A stretch of DNA of 64,000 bases from Myxococcota bacterium (lineage in GTDB: Bacteria > Myxococcota_A > UBA796 > CAJQPC01). Positions 35,335 to 44,503 of this stretch are shown here, piece after piece. The notes under the pieces are model-generated. The model ran no database searches, had not been told where the DNA came from, and saw only the letters and a program-made list of their open reading frames with translations. The DNA lies in the NCBI GenBank assembly GCA_036021505.1, contig JAYXVV010000150.1:26356-90355 (forward strand), written 5' to 3'. The first letter of the stretch is position 1, and each line of letters begins with the position of its first letter. A program made the position numbers and the translations under genes.

Positions 35335-36276
35335 CTACAGACCGTCGAAGTTGGTTCCGCGTACCGTCAGTTCGCTGATGGCAAGTTCCGCACCCTCTGA
35401 GGAGCCCGGATAGACCTCCAGGACCTGGATCTCAATCGAGCCCCAAGCCGACCCTGTGTAGCCCGTGACGGAGGGTACTTTGAGGAATTGCATCGAATCC
35501 GTGTTCTCCAAATCGTGGATCATCGAGCGGTTCGAGGTGCTCACCTTGACCTTTTTCGGGCGGGCATTCGAACGAGGCCCTGCTTGGAGTCCCACAGACG
35601 ACACTCCATAGCCCGAGGATGCCAATACAAACCCAGCGCCCTCGACCGGGGCACTCCAGTAGCTCCGACGATTTCCGTCGGTCATGGACTCGACCATGTG
35701 ATTTGGATCCGTACCGCTGTCGCTGTCAAAGCGAACCACCGGAAGGTCAAACTCCTTGAGTTGGACCTCCAACTCACTCACCGCGAGATTCGGGTAGTCT
35801 TGACCTGCATACGTGTCCTGAACCGTCAGGCGAAACAGCCCCCCAAAACCCATCTCATTGCCCACAGCGATGTCCTCGATGTCGATCTGCTGCAGTGCAT
35901 TGACATCCTCCAAGGTGACCTCTGTGGTGAACAGAGTCGTCATTTGATCATCGCCATCACAGCACAAGGCATCGACCTTGAGGGTTTTGGGCCTCGCATA
36001 ATCCGCGAAAGTCTCCTCGCTCTCCGCCCACCCGGTGTGGATGGCAAAGCCTGTGACATCGCTCTTCGGAACCTGAACCTCAATCCACTCACCACGATTT
36101 TGACTCTCCCCAGGCACCATCCAAGCAGTCGCTGCGTTGTTGTCGATGGCTACCGCTCCTCCCCAACTGACAGAACCCCGATGTCGGGTCACTTTTTTCT
36201 CAGCTGAAACACGAGCTCCCGCGAGAGCAAGTGAAGGCAAAAGCAGGGTTGCGAGGACAATTGTGGATTTCTTCAT
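35335..36276 (-). CDS. Secreted protein with two discoidin-like (NADase-type glycan-binding) domains
   Basis: Signal MKKSTIVLATLLLPSLALA; two repeats AIDNNAATAW...RPKTLKV...YAG...LAVSEL and MTDGNRRSYW...RPKKVKV...YPG...LAISEL. Confidence 0.65.
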   Translation of the reverse strand: MKKSTIVLATLLLPSLALAGARVSAEKKVTRHRGSVSWGGAVAIDNNAATAWMVPGESQNRGEWIEVQVPKSDVTGFAIHTGWAESEETFADYARPKTLKVDALCCDGDDQMTTLFTTEVTLEDVNALQQIDIEDIAVGNEMGFGGLFRLTVQDTYAGQDYPNLAVSELEVQLKEFDLPVVRFDSDSGTDPNHMVESMTDGNRRSYWSAPVEGAGFVLASSGYGVSSVGLQAGPRSNARPKKVKVSTSNRSMIHDLENTDSMQFLKVPSVTGYTGSAWGSIEIQVLEVYPGSSEGAELAISELTVRGTNFDGL

Positions 36277-36373
36277 GGAAAGACTCCTTGGGTCTGGCGC
36301 CGAACTATAGCACTTCAAGGGGTCGGCTTTGTTCCCAAAGCCGTCAAAGGCTTGGAAAGCTCAACCCACAAAG

Positions 36374-36397
36374 AAAAAAGGCTGGTCGAAACCAGCC
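36374..36397 (-). terminator. Rho-independent terminator
   Basis: Minus strand GGCTGGT-TTCG-ACCAGCC followed by T6, about 50 nt after the stop at 36447. Confidence 0.8.
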
Positions 36398-36446
36398 CTT
36401 TCTTGCTCAGCGCATCTCTGCACTGCTCACAAATCCATCCTGCCGA

Positions 36447-37802
36447 CTACTCGTCAACAACCGAGAGATTCAGATCGTACGATTGGGACTGTGTTCCTGT
36501 GGGAATCCGACCGTAGTTGCTGTCCGCCTCATTCGCAAAGGCGAGGGGTTCTTTGGACTCCTGCACAATACCGTTTCCACCATCGTCCAAATAGGCCACG
36601 AGGTACACCACGGTGTTGGCGGGAACCACAAGACCGTAGGGAACGGATGTGTCGCTTCCGAGATCATCGGTGTTGAACTCCTCGTAGTCATAGGAGTTGT
36701 CGAACAGGTCCTGGACATCAACATCCTCTACCGGACGGTACTTGAGTGCTGTCACGTAGATTTTTGAGCCCGAGGCGTAATCACCCAGCGCTCCAATCTC
36801 CGACGTGACGTTGCCGGACATCCGTACGAAGGGAACCAAGTCAAGCTCGTAGTCGCCCAACGGTACCTGGATGTTCGCTTCCTCGTTGTTCTCACAGCAG
36901 AGATCGATTGGGTTTCCATCCACGTTGGGCTCGGAAATGTAGGACCCGCACTGATCCGCCGCGTCAATGATCTGGTTGTAGTTGGAGTCGTGGCAACCCA
37001 TCAGGACCATCTCGCCCCAATCCTTGTCAACCGTCATGCTGTAGGCGCCTTCTGCGCCACCACCAACGGGCTCTGGAGTGGTGAGGTCCGCAGAATAGGG
37101 ACCCTGCATCTCCGTGTCCATCAGCATCGCTGCGGCATTGCCACCCGCATAGGAGTAGGTGATGATCACATCGCCCGAAATGGTGGTGCTTCCGTTTCCG
37201 TTTCCGCCACCGGTGCCGTTCCAGCCACCACCGCCGCCGCCACCGCTACCGCCTGTGGAGGGGTTCCAGAAGGCCAAGATGGTGATGTCCACGCCTGTGA
37301 CCGTCGAACCGTCCGTCACAGAGACGGGGACGGGGTAGATTCCGACTGGGTCTGTCGTTCCCATGATGCCGTCCCCACGCCAATCCAGCTGGGCCCCGAT
37401 CCAGATCGCGTCGGTGGTCGCCGTCTTCACGCTGAAGGAATAGGCGTCTCCTTCCTGGGAGGGGGAAAGAACGGACTCATTGGCGAAAAAGGTCTCATCC
37501 CCGGAAGACTCGTTTTCAGTGAAACCGTAGACCCAGAGTCCACCGAAAGGCCACTCATCGCCGTGGACCGACCAGTCCTTGTAGACATATTCACCGTCCT
37601 CATCGGTGGTGTACAGCTGTACGCGGACGGTGCCCTCGATGGTGCCGTCGAATCCACCAATCTGGACCCCGGTGTCGTCCGAGACTGTGGCGCCGCCTGT
37701 ATCATCTACGATGACTTTGAAGTCACCGGGACTGCAGTAAGATCCGAGCAAACCAAAGGAGGAAACTGCCAATAGTGGGAATGCAAATTGCTTGAGAGTC
37801 AT
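36447..37802 (-). CDS. Exported/lipoprotein with three Ig-like domains carrying D-x-x-x-D/N-G-like loops and a Gly-rich linker
   Basis: Signal ending GLLGSYC; repeats AQLDWRGDGIMGTTDPVG, GCHDSNYNQIIDAADQCG, AYLDDGGNGIVQESKEPL; GGSGGGGGGGWNGTGGGNGNG linker. Confidence 0.55.
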   Translation of the reverse strand: MTLKQFAFPLLAVSSFGLLGSYCSPGDFKVIVDDTGGATVSDDTGVQIGGFDGTIEGTVRVQLYTTDEDGEYVYKDWSVHGDEWPFGGLWVYGFTENESSGDETFFANESVLSPSQEGDAYSFSVKTATTDAIWIGAQLDWRGDGIMGTTDPVGIYPVPVSVTDGSTVTGVDITILAFWNPSTGGSGGGGGGGWNGTGGGNGNGSTTISGDVIITYSYAGGNAAAMLMDTEMQGPYSADLTTPEPVGGGAEGAYSMTVDKDWGEMVLMGCHDSNYNQIIDAADQCGSYISEPNVDGNPIDLCCENNEEANIQVPLGDYELDLVPFVRMSGNVTSEIGALGDYASGSKIYVTALKYRPVEDVDVQDLFDNSYDYEEFNTDDLGSDTSVPYGLVVPANTVVYLVAYLDDGGNGIVQESKEPLAFANEADSNYGRIPTGTQSQSYDLNLSVVDE

Positions 37803-37863
37803 GGTGTGTGGCCTCTGAAAGGGAGGGAAAGTGCCCAAAAAGCAGTAGAACGTATCACACTCG

Positions 37864-37878
37864 TTTGGTTAAACCAAA
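37864..37878. promoter_or_regulatory. Palindrome TTTGGTT-A-AACCAAA, candidate operator
   Basis: Perfect 7-bp inverted repeat in the intergenic gap upstream of the 37802 start; TGGT-N3-ACCA resembles GntR/FadR-subfamily operators. Confidence 0.45.
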
Positions 37879-37948
37879 GGAATTCCGATCGTTTGGACGT
37901 CCGAGAGGCCCCCTCAGAAGCCACTCTGGACAGCCATTTTCAGTCTGT

Positions 37949-39502
37949 TCAGCTGGGTCGAAGAACGATGTCGATTCCGCTGAGGGCCTCCTCTCCGATG
38001 GTCAACGGATTTCCGTTGAACCGGCCAAAAGGATCCCCTGGTGTGGGTCCATCGCCATCGACGTCTCCAAAAGCCTCCAACTCGATGGAACCAAAATTTT
38101 TCGGCGCCTGAAACCGGTAGGCGCCCGTCTTCTGCTTCATCTTTCCGAGGTAGCGTCGGCCTCCAGGAGCTGAAGAATCTGGAGCGAAGAGGTCCAGATC
38201 GATAAAGGCCAACTCCATATCGACGCCCTCCAAGGAAAGCGTTCCAGAAATCCAGAGGGGGTCGTCTCCAAGCGACCCAAAGACCGACTGCTGGGGGGCT
38301 TCTGCGGACTGCGTGCTCGTCCCTGCATCGGCAGTGGAACTCGGCTGTCCTCGAGTACCCTCCTGAAGCTCTATCGACACCCGCTGCATGTTCACGTCTT
38401 CCACTTCAATTTCAAGCACCGCATACGGATCATCATCCGAGGGCCCATCGCTTCCAGGATCCTGAAAGACCTCCAACCGCAAGGCTCCCATTCCCCGGGG
38501 CACCTGCAGCTGGTATCGCCCTGCGCTGGGAAGTTGGGTTCGGCCGAGAAACCGGTTTCCGCCCGGCTCAGAGGGATCCGGGACACGAAAATCAACCTGC
38601 ACCGCCCCCTCTCCGCCACCGGTGATGTCTCCCTTCAGCAGAGTCCACTCCCCCCCATGATCGGTGAAGGCTTGGGCGGGTGAATCATTTCCCGTCGACC
38701 CGTGACCCATGTTCTGCGCCAGTTCGAGCTTCGCACCCGGCCGAAGGGAGAGCAAAAGGGGCGGTGGACTCTCAGACCCCACCTCGATTTCAACCCACGC
38801 AAAGGGGTCATCATCGGATGGGCCATCAGCAGTCAAATCCTGAAAGGCCTGCAGAACCACCTCTCCCAGTCCAGCTGGCACGCGTATGCTGTGGTCTCCT
38901 GGGCCATCCAAAATGGCCTTGTGGACCAGGCCAGAGGGCCCCCTAAAGTCCAAATCAATTGCTTGCTCCGCTGAGGCCGTCACCTTCATGTTCAGGGAAA
39001 CCGAAGGTCCTTCCGCCTGATCCGGACCCACACCCACATGCCCCATACTCTGGGCGTGCTTCAGCTTTCCACCCACCTCCATTTCCAAAACCACCCCCGA
39101 AATCGGGGTGTCTTCCACAAGGAGATCCACCCAACCAAAGGGATCATCATCGGACGGGCCATCGGAAGTCAGATCCTGAAAGCCCTGAATCTGCAACTCT
39201 CCGAGACCGACAGGAATCTCCTTCTCAACATCGCCGGGTCCCGGAAACACCCACTTGCCCAGGTTTTTGCCTCCTTCCCCACGGATGTCCACATCCACCG
39301 GGATTCCATCCTGGCCTGCGATGGTCATCGTGAGCACAAGTCGTTCTCCTTCCATCTCATCCAAGACAGACCCACCGCCCAGTTCGCCACTCTCCGCGAC
39401 AGTGGCCGGCAGTTCGACAAACCGCGGGTCAATCTCTCGAATCTCGTCGGTCGTCTTCTCCAGACAGCCACCGATCAGGAAGATTGCTGCGATCGAAACC
39501 AC
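37949..39502 (-). CDS. Lipoprotein with four repeated Ig-like domains, each with a D-x-x-x-DGP-x-x-x-DP acidic loop
   Basis: GTG 39502 after GAGG gives MVSIAAIFLIGGC; repeats FQDLTSDGPSDDDPF, FQDLTADGPSDDDPF, FQDPGSDGPSDDDPY, FGDVDGDGPTPGDPF. Confidence 0.65.
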   Translation of the reverse strand: MVSIAAIFLIGGCLEKTTDEIREIDPRFVELPATVAESGELGGGSVLDEMEGERLVLTMTIAGQDGIPVDVDIRGEGGKNLGKWVFPGPGDVEKEIPVGLGELQIQGFQDLTSDGPSDDDPFGWVDLLVEDTPISGVVLEMEVGGKLKHAQSMGHVGVGPDQAEGPSVSLNMKVTASAEQAIDLDFRGPSGLVHKAILDGPGDHSIRVPAGLGEVVLQAFQDLTADGPSDDDPFAWVEIEVGSESPPPLLLSLRPGAKLELAQNMGHGSTGNDSPAQAFTDHGGEWTLLKGDITGGGEGAVQVDFRVPDPSEPGGNRFLGRTQLPSAGRYQLQVPRGMGALRLEVFQDPGSDGPSDDDPYAVLEIEVEDVNMQRVSIELQEGTRGQPSSTADAGTSTQSAEAPQQSVFGSLGDDPLWISGTLSLEGVDMELAFIDLDLFAPDSSAPGGRRYLGKMKQKTGAYRFQAPKNFGSIELEAFGDVDGDGPTPGDPFGRFNGNPLTIGEEALSGIDIVLRPS

Positions 39503-40416
39503 GATACGGTCCTCTTGAGTCCCTCTTCCAGATCCACTTGGGCTTTCCATTCCAGCAAGCGCCTCGCTCTGGAGGTGTCCAAACATTTTCTAGGCTGGCC
39601 TTCGGGCTTGCTTGCATCAAAGACCAAGCGACCCGAATAACCACATGCTCTGGCAACAGCCTCGGCCAGCTCACGAATGGAGGTTTCTACTCCGGTTCCG
39701 ATGTTTACAGGTTCGACCCCCTCACCACGCTGCAACATCGCCACAATCGCCTCCGCACAATCCTCCACATAGAGCAGTTCCCGTGTCGCTCGACCGGATC
39801 CCCACACCACGACCTCTTCTCGCCCTTGGGCCTCTGCTTCGATGAAACGACGAATCAAAGCCGGAACCACATGGGAGCGCTCCTCCGAGAAATCATCCCT
39901 TGGGCCGTAGAGATTCACCGGCATGGGAAAAAGGGCTTGAAACCCATATTCCTGCGCATAGGCACGCCCCATTTCCATCATCATTCGCTTCGTCAATCCG
40001 TAGCCTGCATTGGATGGCTCGGGATAGCCGGCAAAAAGCGCGTCCTCGCGCAGCGGCATCTGCGCATCCCGGGGATAGGCGCACACCGAAGAAACCCCCA
40101 AAAACACCTCGGCTTGGCTCTGATAGGCGGCATGCAGCAGGTGGGTGTTCATCAGGAGATTCCGATGAACAATCCGACCGGGATGACTTCGCATGTAGCC
40201 GATACCGCCGCCGTCTACCGCACAATGAACGACCATCTGCGGCTGAATCTTCTGAACAAGAGCCTCAGCCTGGGCCGCCTCGCAGAGATCAAAATCGTTC
40301 GAACGGGGAACATGGACCACAGCCCCTGCTTGTTCGAGAAGCTCCACCACAAAGCTTCCAAGAAATCCGGACCCGCCGGTGACCAAGATGCGTTTCTGTG
40401 AGAGCGAACGGGGCAT
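39475..40416 (-). CDS. GDP-L-fucose synthase / GDP-colitose synthase (Fcl/ColC) family epimerase-reductase
   Basis: TGGSGFLG, GGIG, SSVCAYP, NAGYGLTK, PVNLYGPRD, SHVVPALIRRF, WGSGRATRE, KPEGQPRK. Confidence 0.88.
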   Translation of the reverse strand: MPRSLSQKRILVTGGSGFLGSFVVELLEQAGAVVHVPRSNDFDLCEAAQAEALVQKIQPQMVVHCAVDGGGIGYMRSHPGRIVHRNLLMNTHLLHAAYQSQAEVFLGVSSVCAYPRDAQMPLREDALFAGYPEPSNAGYGLTKRMMMEMGRAYAQEYGFQALFPMPVNLYGPRDDFSEERSHVVPALIRRFIEAEAQGREEVVVWGSGRATRELLYVEDCAEAIVAMLQRGEGVEPVNIGTGVETSIRELAEAVARACGYSGRLVFDASKPEGQPRKCLDTSRARRLLEWKAQVDLEEGLKRTVSWFRSQQSS

Positions 40417-40418
40417 GC

Positions 40419-41357
40419 CTAAACGTTGGAGAAGGGTTTTCGAACCTCGACAAGCTGAAGACCAGCAATCAGTTCATCGAGACCCCGCTCCATGTTGATC
40501 GAAGTCTCAAATCCGGTGGCGCCGATGCGCTCGTAGCTCACCTCGTAGTCCCGCTTGTCCTGGTCGCTTCCGACTTCTGCGAAGTGGACATAGAACGTCA
40601 GTTTCTCTTGGAGCTTTTTGACGATGTCTTCTTTGGTGTAGTTCATGGAGGCTTGACCCACGTTGTAGGTTGTGTCCTTCATCATTTCCCATTTGTCCAG
40701 CGTGTGAAGCACAGCACGAGCCATATCGACCACATGGATGAAGGTCCTCCTGAAGTGCTTTTCGTAGACCAGCAGGTAATTTTGAACCAAGGCCTGAAAC
40801 GTGAAATCGTTGATCATGAGATCCAATCTCAGCCGGGGCGAGAGTCCAAATGCGGTTGCAAACCGAAAGGAAACCGTATTTTGGCGCTCCATACAGAGGA
40901 GTTCCGCCTCCGTTTTGGTCTCTCCGTAGATCGACAGCGGATTCAAGGGGGTGTCCTCGGTGCAGATTCCAGCGACCTCCCCGTAGTTGCTACCGGTGGA
41001 CGCATAGATGAGACGCGTCTCCGGTCGTATGGTCTCCAAAACATTTCGCGTCCCATCGACATTCACTCGACGCGCCAAATCCGGATGCTTTTTGCAGAGG
41101 GGATAGCCTACCAATGCCGCCAAATGAACGACAACATCGGCATCCGCTACCGTTCGGGCAACCAATTCCCGGTCGAGCACATCCCCCTGGATGAACTCAA
41201 AATTGGGATTGATGAACAGCTCCATGATGGGTTCCGGTCCATAATGGAGAGCATCCAAAACTCGGACCCGGTAGCCATTGCTCAGGAGTCGACGAATGAG
41301 AACACTGCCGTAGAAGCCAGCGCCACCCGTGACCACCACCAGCGGAGAATTAGCCAT
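40419..41357 (-). CDS. NAD-dependent nucleotide-sugar epimerase/dehydratase (extended SDR)
   Basis: VTGGAGFYG, HLAALVG, YASTGSNYG, YGETK, RFATAFGLSPRLRLDL. ATG 41357 overlaps the upstream stop. Confidence 0.88.
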   Translation of the reverse strand: MANSPLVVVTGGAGFYGSVLIRRLLSNGYRVRVLDALHYGPEPIMELFINPNFEFIQGDVLDRELVARTVADADVVVHLAALVGYPLCKKHPDLARRVNVDGTRNVLETIRPETRLIYASTGSNYGEVAGICTEDTPLNPLSIYGETKTEAELLCMERQNTVSFRFATAFGLSPRLRLDLMINDFTFQALVQNYLLVYEKHFRRTFIHVVDMARAVLHTLDKWEMMKDTTYNVGQASMNYTKEDIVKKLQEKLTFYVHFAEVGSDQDKRDYEVSYERIGATGFETSINMERGLDELIAGLQLVEVRKPFSNV

Positions 41358-42594
41358 GAAAAAAGTCCTCCACAGCCTTCTCAAGAAGCGCCGCATGACC
41401 CTCATGAAACGCATGGCTGTTTCCTACAAATAGCCCACGCTCATGGATGGCGTCGGCGACTTTCAATTCTCCTGCGACCCGAGCACCTCGAATGTGCTCA
41501 AAGACAGGCTGCCGAGCCAGGTTGCTTCCCGAAATGGGACGCGTTGCGATCCCTCGGGACTCCAGATGAGCCATAAACTCTGCCCGTCCATGCTCTGTGT
41601 TCGCGCGGAGGCACATGGGAAAGGCAAATCCTGCATGTTGGGTTCCTGGCACCTCGGGCCAGATCTCCAGATGTTCCGAAAATCGAGCGAGTCGATCGCA
41701 AAATAGTGCGTGGTTCTCCCGTCGCTTTTGAAGCCATGCGTCCAGACGCGTCAGCTGAACTCGACCCATCGCCGCAGCCATTTCTGTTGGCCTGAGGTTC
41801 CAGCCTGCACTCACGAAAAGAAACCGCTCATCAATCTCCGGGCTCATTGCAGCGTGCATCTCCCGGTTTTCCATCTCTCGAATCCAGCCATGCGCTCGAA
41901 GTGACCGGGCTGCATCCAAGAGTGCCGGATTGGAGCAGACGACGATTCCACCCTCGACCGTTGTGATGTGGTGAGAAAAGAAGAAGGAGAAGGTTCCGAG
42001 CCGTCCCAGTGACCCCACTTTCTGTGAACCTGCCTGAGCACCATGGGCTGCGCAAGAATCTTCAATCACGACAAGCCCGAGCTCCTCCAACGCCTCCACG
42101 TCGGCGGCCTGACCGAGAAGATGCACAACGATGGCTGCCTTCGTCCTCGGGCCCATTGCAGCCTTGGCTGCCTCGGGATCCATCCCGAGTCGTTGCGGAC
42201 AGACGTCGACGAGCACGGGTACCAAGCCCAACTGAGCCACTGGAAAGAGGCTGGTGGACCAGGCCACCGCTGGCACCAAAACCTCATCCCCCTCGTTCAA
42301 AATGCCGGTGTGCACCAGGGAAGCGAGAGCAATCAGGTTGGCAGAGGACCCGGAGTTCACCATGATTCCGTGGTCGGTTCCACACCAATCCGCCCACTCC
42401 CGCTCAAAAGCGGCCACCTCCTTCCCCATGGTCACCCATGTGGAAAGCAAGACATCCAGGACTGCAGAGACCTCCCGGGCACCAAACGGTGTCACCTGGA
42501 GAGGCAGACCATTCGCCGGATCATGACGCTGCGTTGGAAGGGCACCCATCTCGGCCTGGATGAGTTCATGGATTTTGGTTCGGTCGGAGGACAC
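41350..42594 (-). CDS. DegT/DnrJ family PLP enzyme, ColD-like GDP-4-keto-6-deoxymannose 3-dehydratase
   Basis: VTMG, VNSGSSANL, VPAVAWST, EDSC, GTFSFFFSHHITTVEGG (His at the usual PLP-Lys position), RAHGW, GWNLRPTEM, GLFVGN. No E1-type Fe-S cysteine cluster. Confidence 0.8.
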   Translation of the reverse strand: MSSDRTKIHELIQAEMGALPTQRHDPANGLPLQVTPFGAREVSAVLDVLLSTWVTMGKEVAAFEREWADWCGTDHGIMVNSGSSANLIALASLVHTGILNEGDEVLVPAVAWSTSLFPVAQLGLVPVLVDVCPQRLGMDPEAAKAAMGPRTKAAIVVHLLGQAADVEALEELGLVVIEDSCAAHGAQAGSQKVGSLGRLGTFSFFFSHHITTVEGGIVVCSNPALLDAARSLRAHGWIREMENREMHAAMSPEIDERFLFVSAGWNLRPTEMAAAMGRVQLTRLDAWLQKRRENHALFCDRLARFSEHLEIWPEVPGTQHAGFAFPMCLRANTEHGRAEFMAHLESRGIATRPISGSNLARQPVFEHIRGARVAGELKVADAIHERGLFVGNSHAFHEGHAALLEKAVEDFFHG

Positions 42595-42623
42595 GAGCGC
42601 TTTCTCTCCCGGTTTACAGGCCC

Positions 42624-43337
42624 TTAGGATCGCAGAAAACGGCAGTTGGGAAGCTCTGTAAACAGCACCTTGAGGTGATCTTTTCCAACAGGCCAGGACA
42701 AGGCCTTCGATTCACCACCTGCTCTCTGACCCTCATTTGTAGCGAGCTCTGCGATTCTCCAGCCACGATTCATGGCGCGAATGCTGATCTGATACTCAAT
42801 TGGAAAGCGTTTTACGGTGGTCTCCAAGGTCAACAAATCCTTGCGACGAAGAGCCCGAAAGCCATTGATGGTGTCGGTTACAAACTCCCCGTCGTTGAAC
42901 AGCACGTTCGCGATTCTCGTCAGACTTCGATTGACCCAAGCCCGCGGGCGAAACAATCCGACGTCTTCCTCGTTCACAGCGCCTGGAGCAAAACGAGAAG
43001 CGATGGAAAGGCGAGCCCCATCCAGCAAGAGGTCATCCAAACGCTCAATGTCCGCAGGGTCCTCATTGCCATCAGGCGAATAAAAGATGAGCCGCTCTGA
43101 GCGACACGCGTCTGCCGCCACGCGGAATGCGACACCTCGCCCTGGAATGTTCTGATTCAGGATGGGAATGCCTCGTTCCTCGAGAAACTCACGAGTTCCA
43201 TCGGTCGAGCCCCCATCCACTGCGACGGTCTCTCGAAACGCATCGACGGGGATCCGATCCCAGAGCAGCTTCAACCCATCCAGTTCATTGAGGGTCAGCA
43301 GAACAATCGCTGCGTCTCGCACGTCTTTTCGACTCAT
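42624..43337 (-). CDS. Glycosyltransferase family 2, DPM-synthase/polyprenyl-phosphate glycosyltransferase-like
   Basis: LTLNE, VDGGSTDGT, GRG, SPDGNEDP, ASRF, TDTINGFRA, R...GESK; 237 aa with no TM tail. Confidence 0.82.
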   Translation of the reverse strand: MSRKDVRDAAIVLLTLNELDGLKLLWDRIPVDAFRETVAVDGGSTDGTREFLEERGIPILNQNIPGRGVAFRVAADACRSERLIFYSPDGNEDPADIERLDDLLLDGARLSIASRFAPGAVNEEDVGLFRPRAWVNRSLTRIANVLFNDGEFVTDTINGFRALRRKDLLTLETTVKRFPIEYQISIRAMNRGWRIAELATNEGQRAGGESKALSWPVGKDHLKVLFTELPNCRFLRS

Positions 43338-44494
43338 GGCAACAATTCCTCGGACTCCAGATACTGGGCAAACAGCTCGGCGATTCGAGCCAATCCTGCC
43401 GCATTTGCATGTCCCCTGTCCACCCTGCGAAGACCCTCATCGAGCCGAGTGCACCCCTCCGCCTCATCCAACTTGAGGGTGGGACTTGGGGCGTCCCAGC
43501 CGTAGTAGACCTTGCCACTCCGGCTCTCTTGCTCAATCTGTACCGAGGCGTCAAAGAAAGGCAGTCCCTCGAATTCTGCCTCTTTACCCTGCAGAAATCG
43601 ATGCTGCCGTGAGTGACCGTCGGCGACTTCCTCAGGAAAGGCGAAATGGCCGACTTGAGCCCCGATGTCTTCAGCCATGGCACGGATGGCCCGGTAGTTC
43701 TCCAAAAAGCGCTTTTCTCCGACCCGATAGACACACTTGTCGGTTTCCCGACCGAAATCGTCCAGACACGACTGAGACTCCACAACAATCGAGCCAAGAG
43801 CCAGTTTCACCGCCTGATAAATGCGCGATCGGTAGAGAAAGCCCTCCTTCAGCAGCTGAGCACGATCCTGGAGAATGGCTTGAGAAATGTCCGAATAGGC
43901 CACCATTCGGGAGTCCTGAATGACGTAGCCCAAGAAGACAAGGTCAGGCTCATAGTGTTGAGCGACTTCCTCAAAGAAACGACGGCCTTGGTGGGAGGTG
44001 TAGCCGGGCTGCCCCCCATTGATCACTTCAACCGTCGAATAGCCTCGCGCCCGGAGCACTCTCTCCAGCTGCGCAGGAAGGCTTTCCTGGTCCTCGACTC
44101 CCCAGCCGAAGGTGGTCGAGCAGCCCAGCAGCAGGATCCGAAAGACGCCGTCGGGTTTCTCCAAGGCGTGTTGGGGAAAACGCAGACCGCGGCTGTCTGA
44201 ACTCACTTGAAAGAAGCTGGGGTAGCGATCCTTCAACGATGCAACCCGATCTTCTTCACCGGCGCAATACGGGGTTTCGGGGCTCTTTGGGACACGGAAA
44301 AGACGCTCGCCATGGGTTCTCTTCATCTGGTTCTGGTCGGGCTCATCCTGCCAGTAGACACTTGAATGCTCGAAGCGATTGGCTTCGACGTCCGGCAGCG
44401 AAGGCCACCCAATTGCAGCAAAAGCAATCTCAAACACCCCCACAAAAAGGAGGAGTGCAAGTGCTGCAAACCCGGCTTTCCTCAGACCACTCAA
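43334..44494 (-). CDS. SGNH/GDSL hydrolase family membrane-anchored protein
   Basis: N-terminal TM; RILLLGCSTTFGWG, INGGQPGYTS, C-terminal DRGHANAAG (DxxH). Confidence 0.82.
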   Translation of the reverse strand: MSGLRKAGFAALALLLFVGVFEIAFAAIGWPSLPDVEANRFEHSSVYWQDEPDQNQMKRTHGERLFRVPKSPETPYCAGEEDRVASLKDRYPSFFQVSSDSRGLRFPQHALEKPDGVFRILLLGCSTTFGWGVEDQESLPAQLERVLRARGYSTVEVINGGQPGYTSHQGRRFFEEVAQHYEPDLVFLGYVIQDSRMVAYSDISQAILQDRAQLLKEGFLYRSRIYQAVKLALGSIVVESQSCLDDFGRETDKCVYRVGEKRFLENYRAIRAMAEDIGAQVGHFAFPEEVADGHSRQHRFLQGKEAEFEGLPFFDASVQIEQESRSGKVYYGWDAPSPTLKLDEAEGCTRLDEGLRRVDRGHANAAGLARIAELFAQYLESEELLP

Positions 44495-44503
44495 CGAAAC
44501 TTC

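Noticed and set aside
37949-39502. Recurring GGGTCATCATCGGATGGGCCATC-like DNA repeats as a CRISPR array
   Set aside because: Imperfect, spaced hundreds of bases apart and in frame; they encode the repeated DGPSDDDP protein motif. No cas genes.
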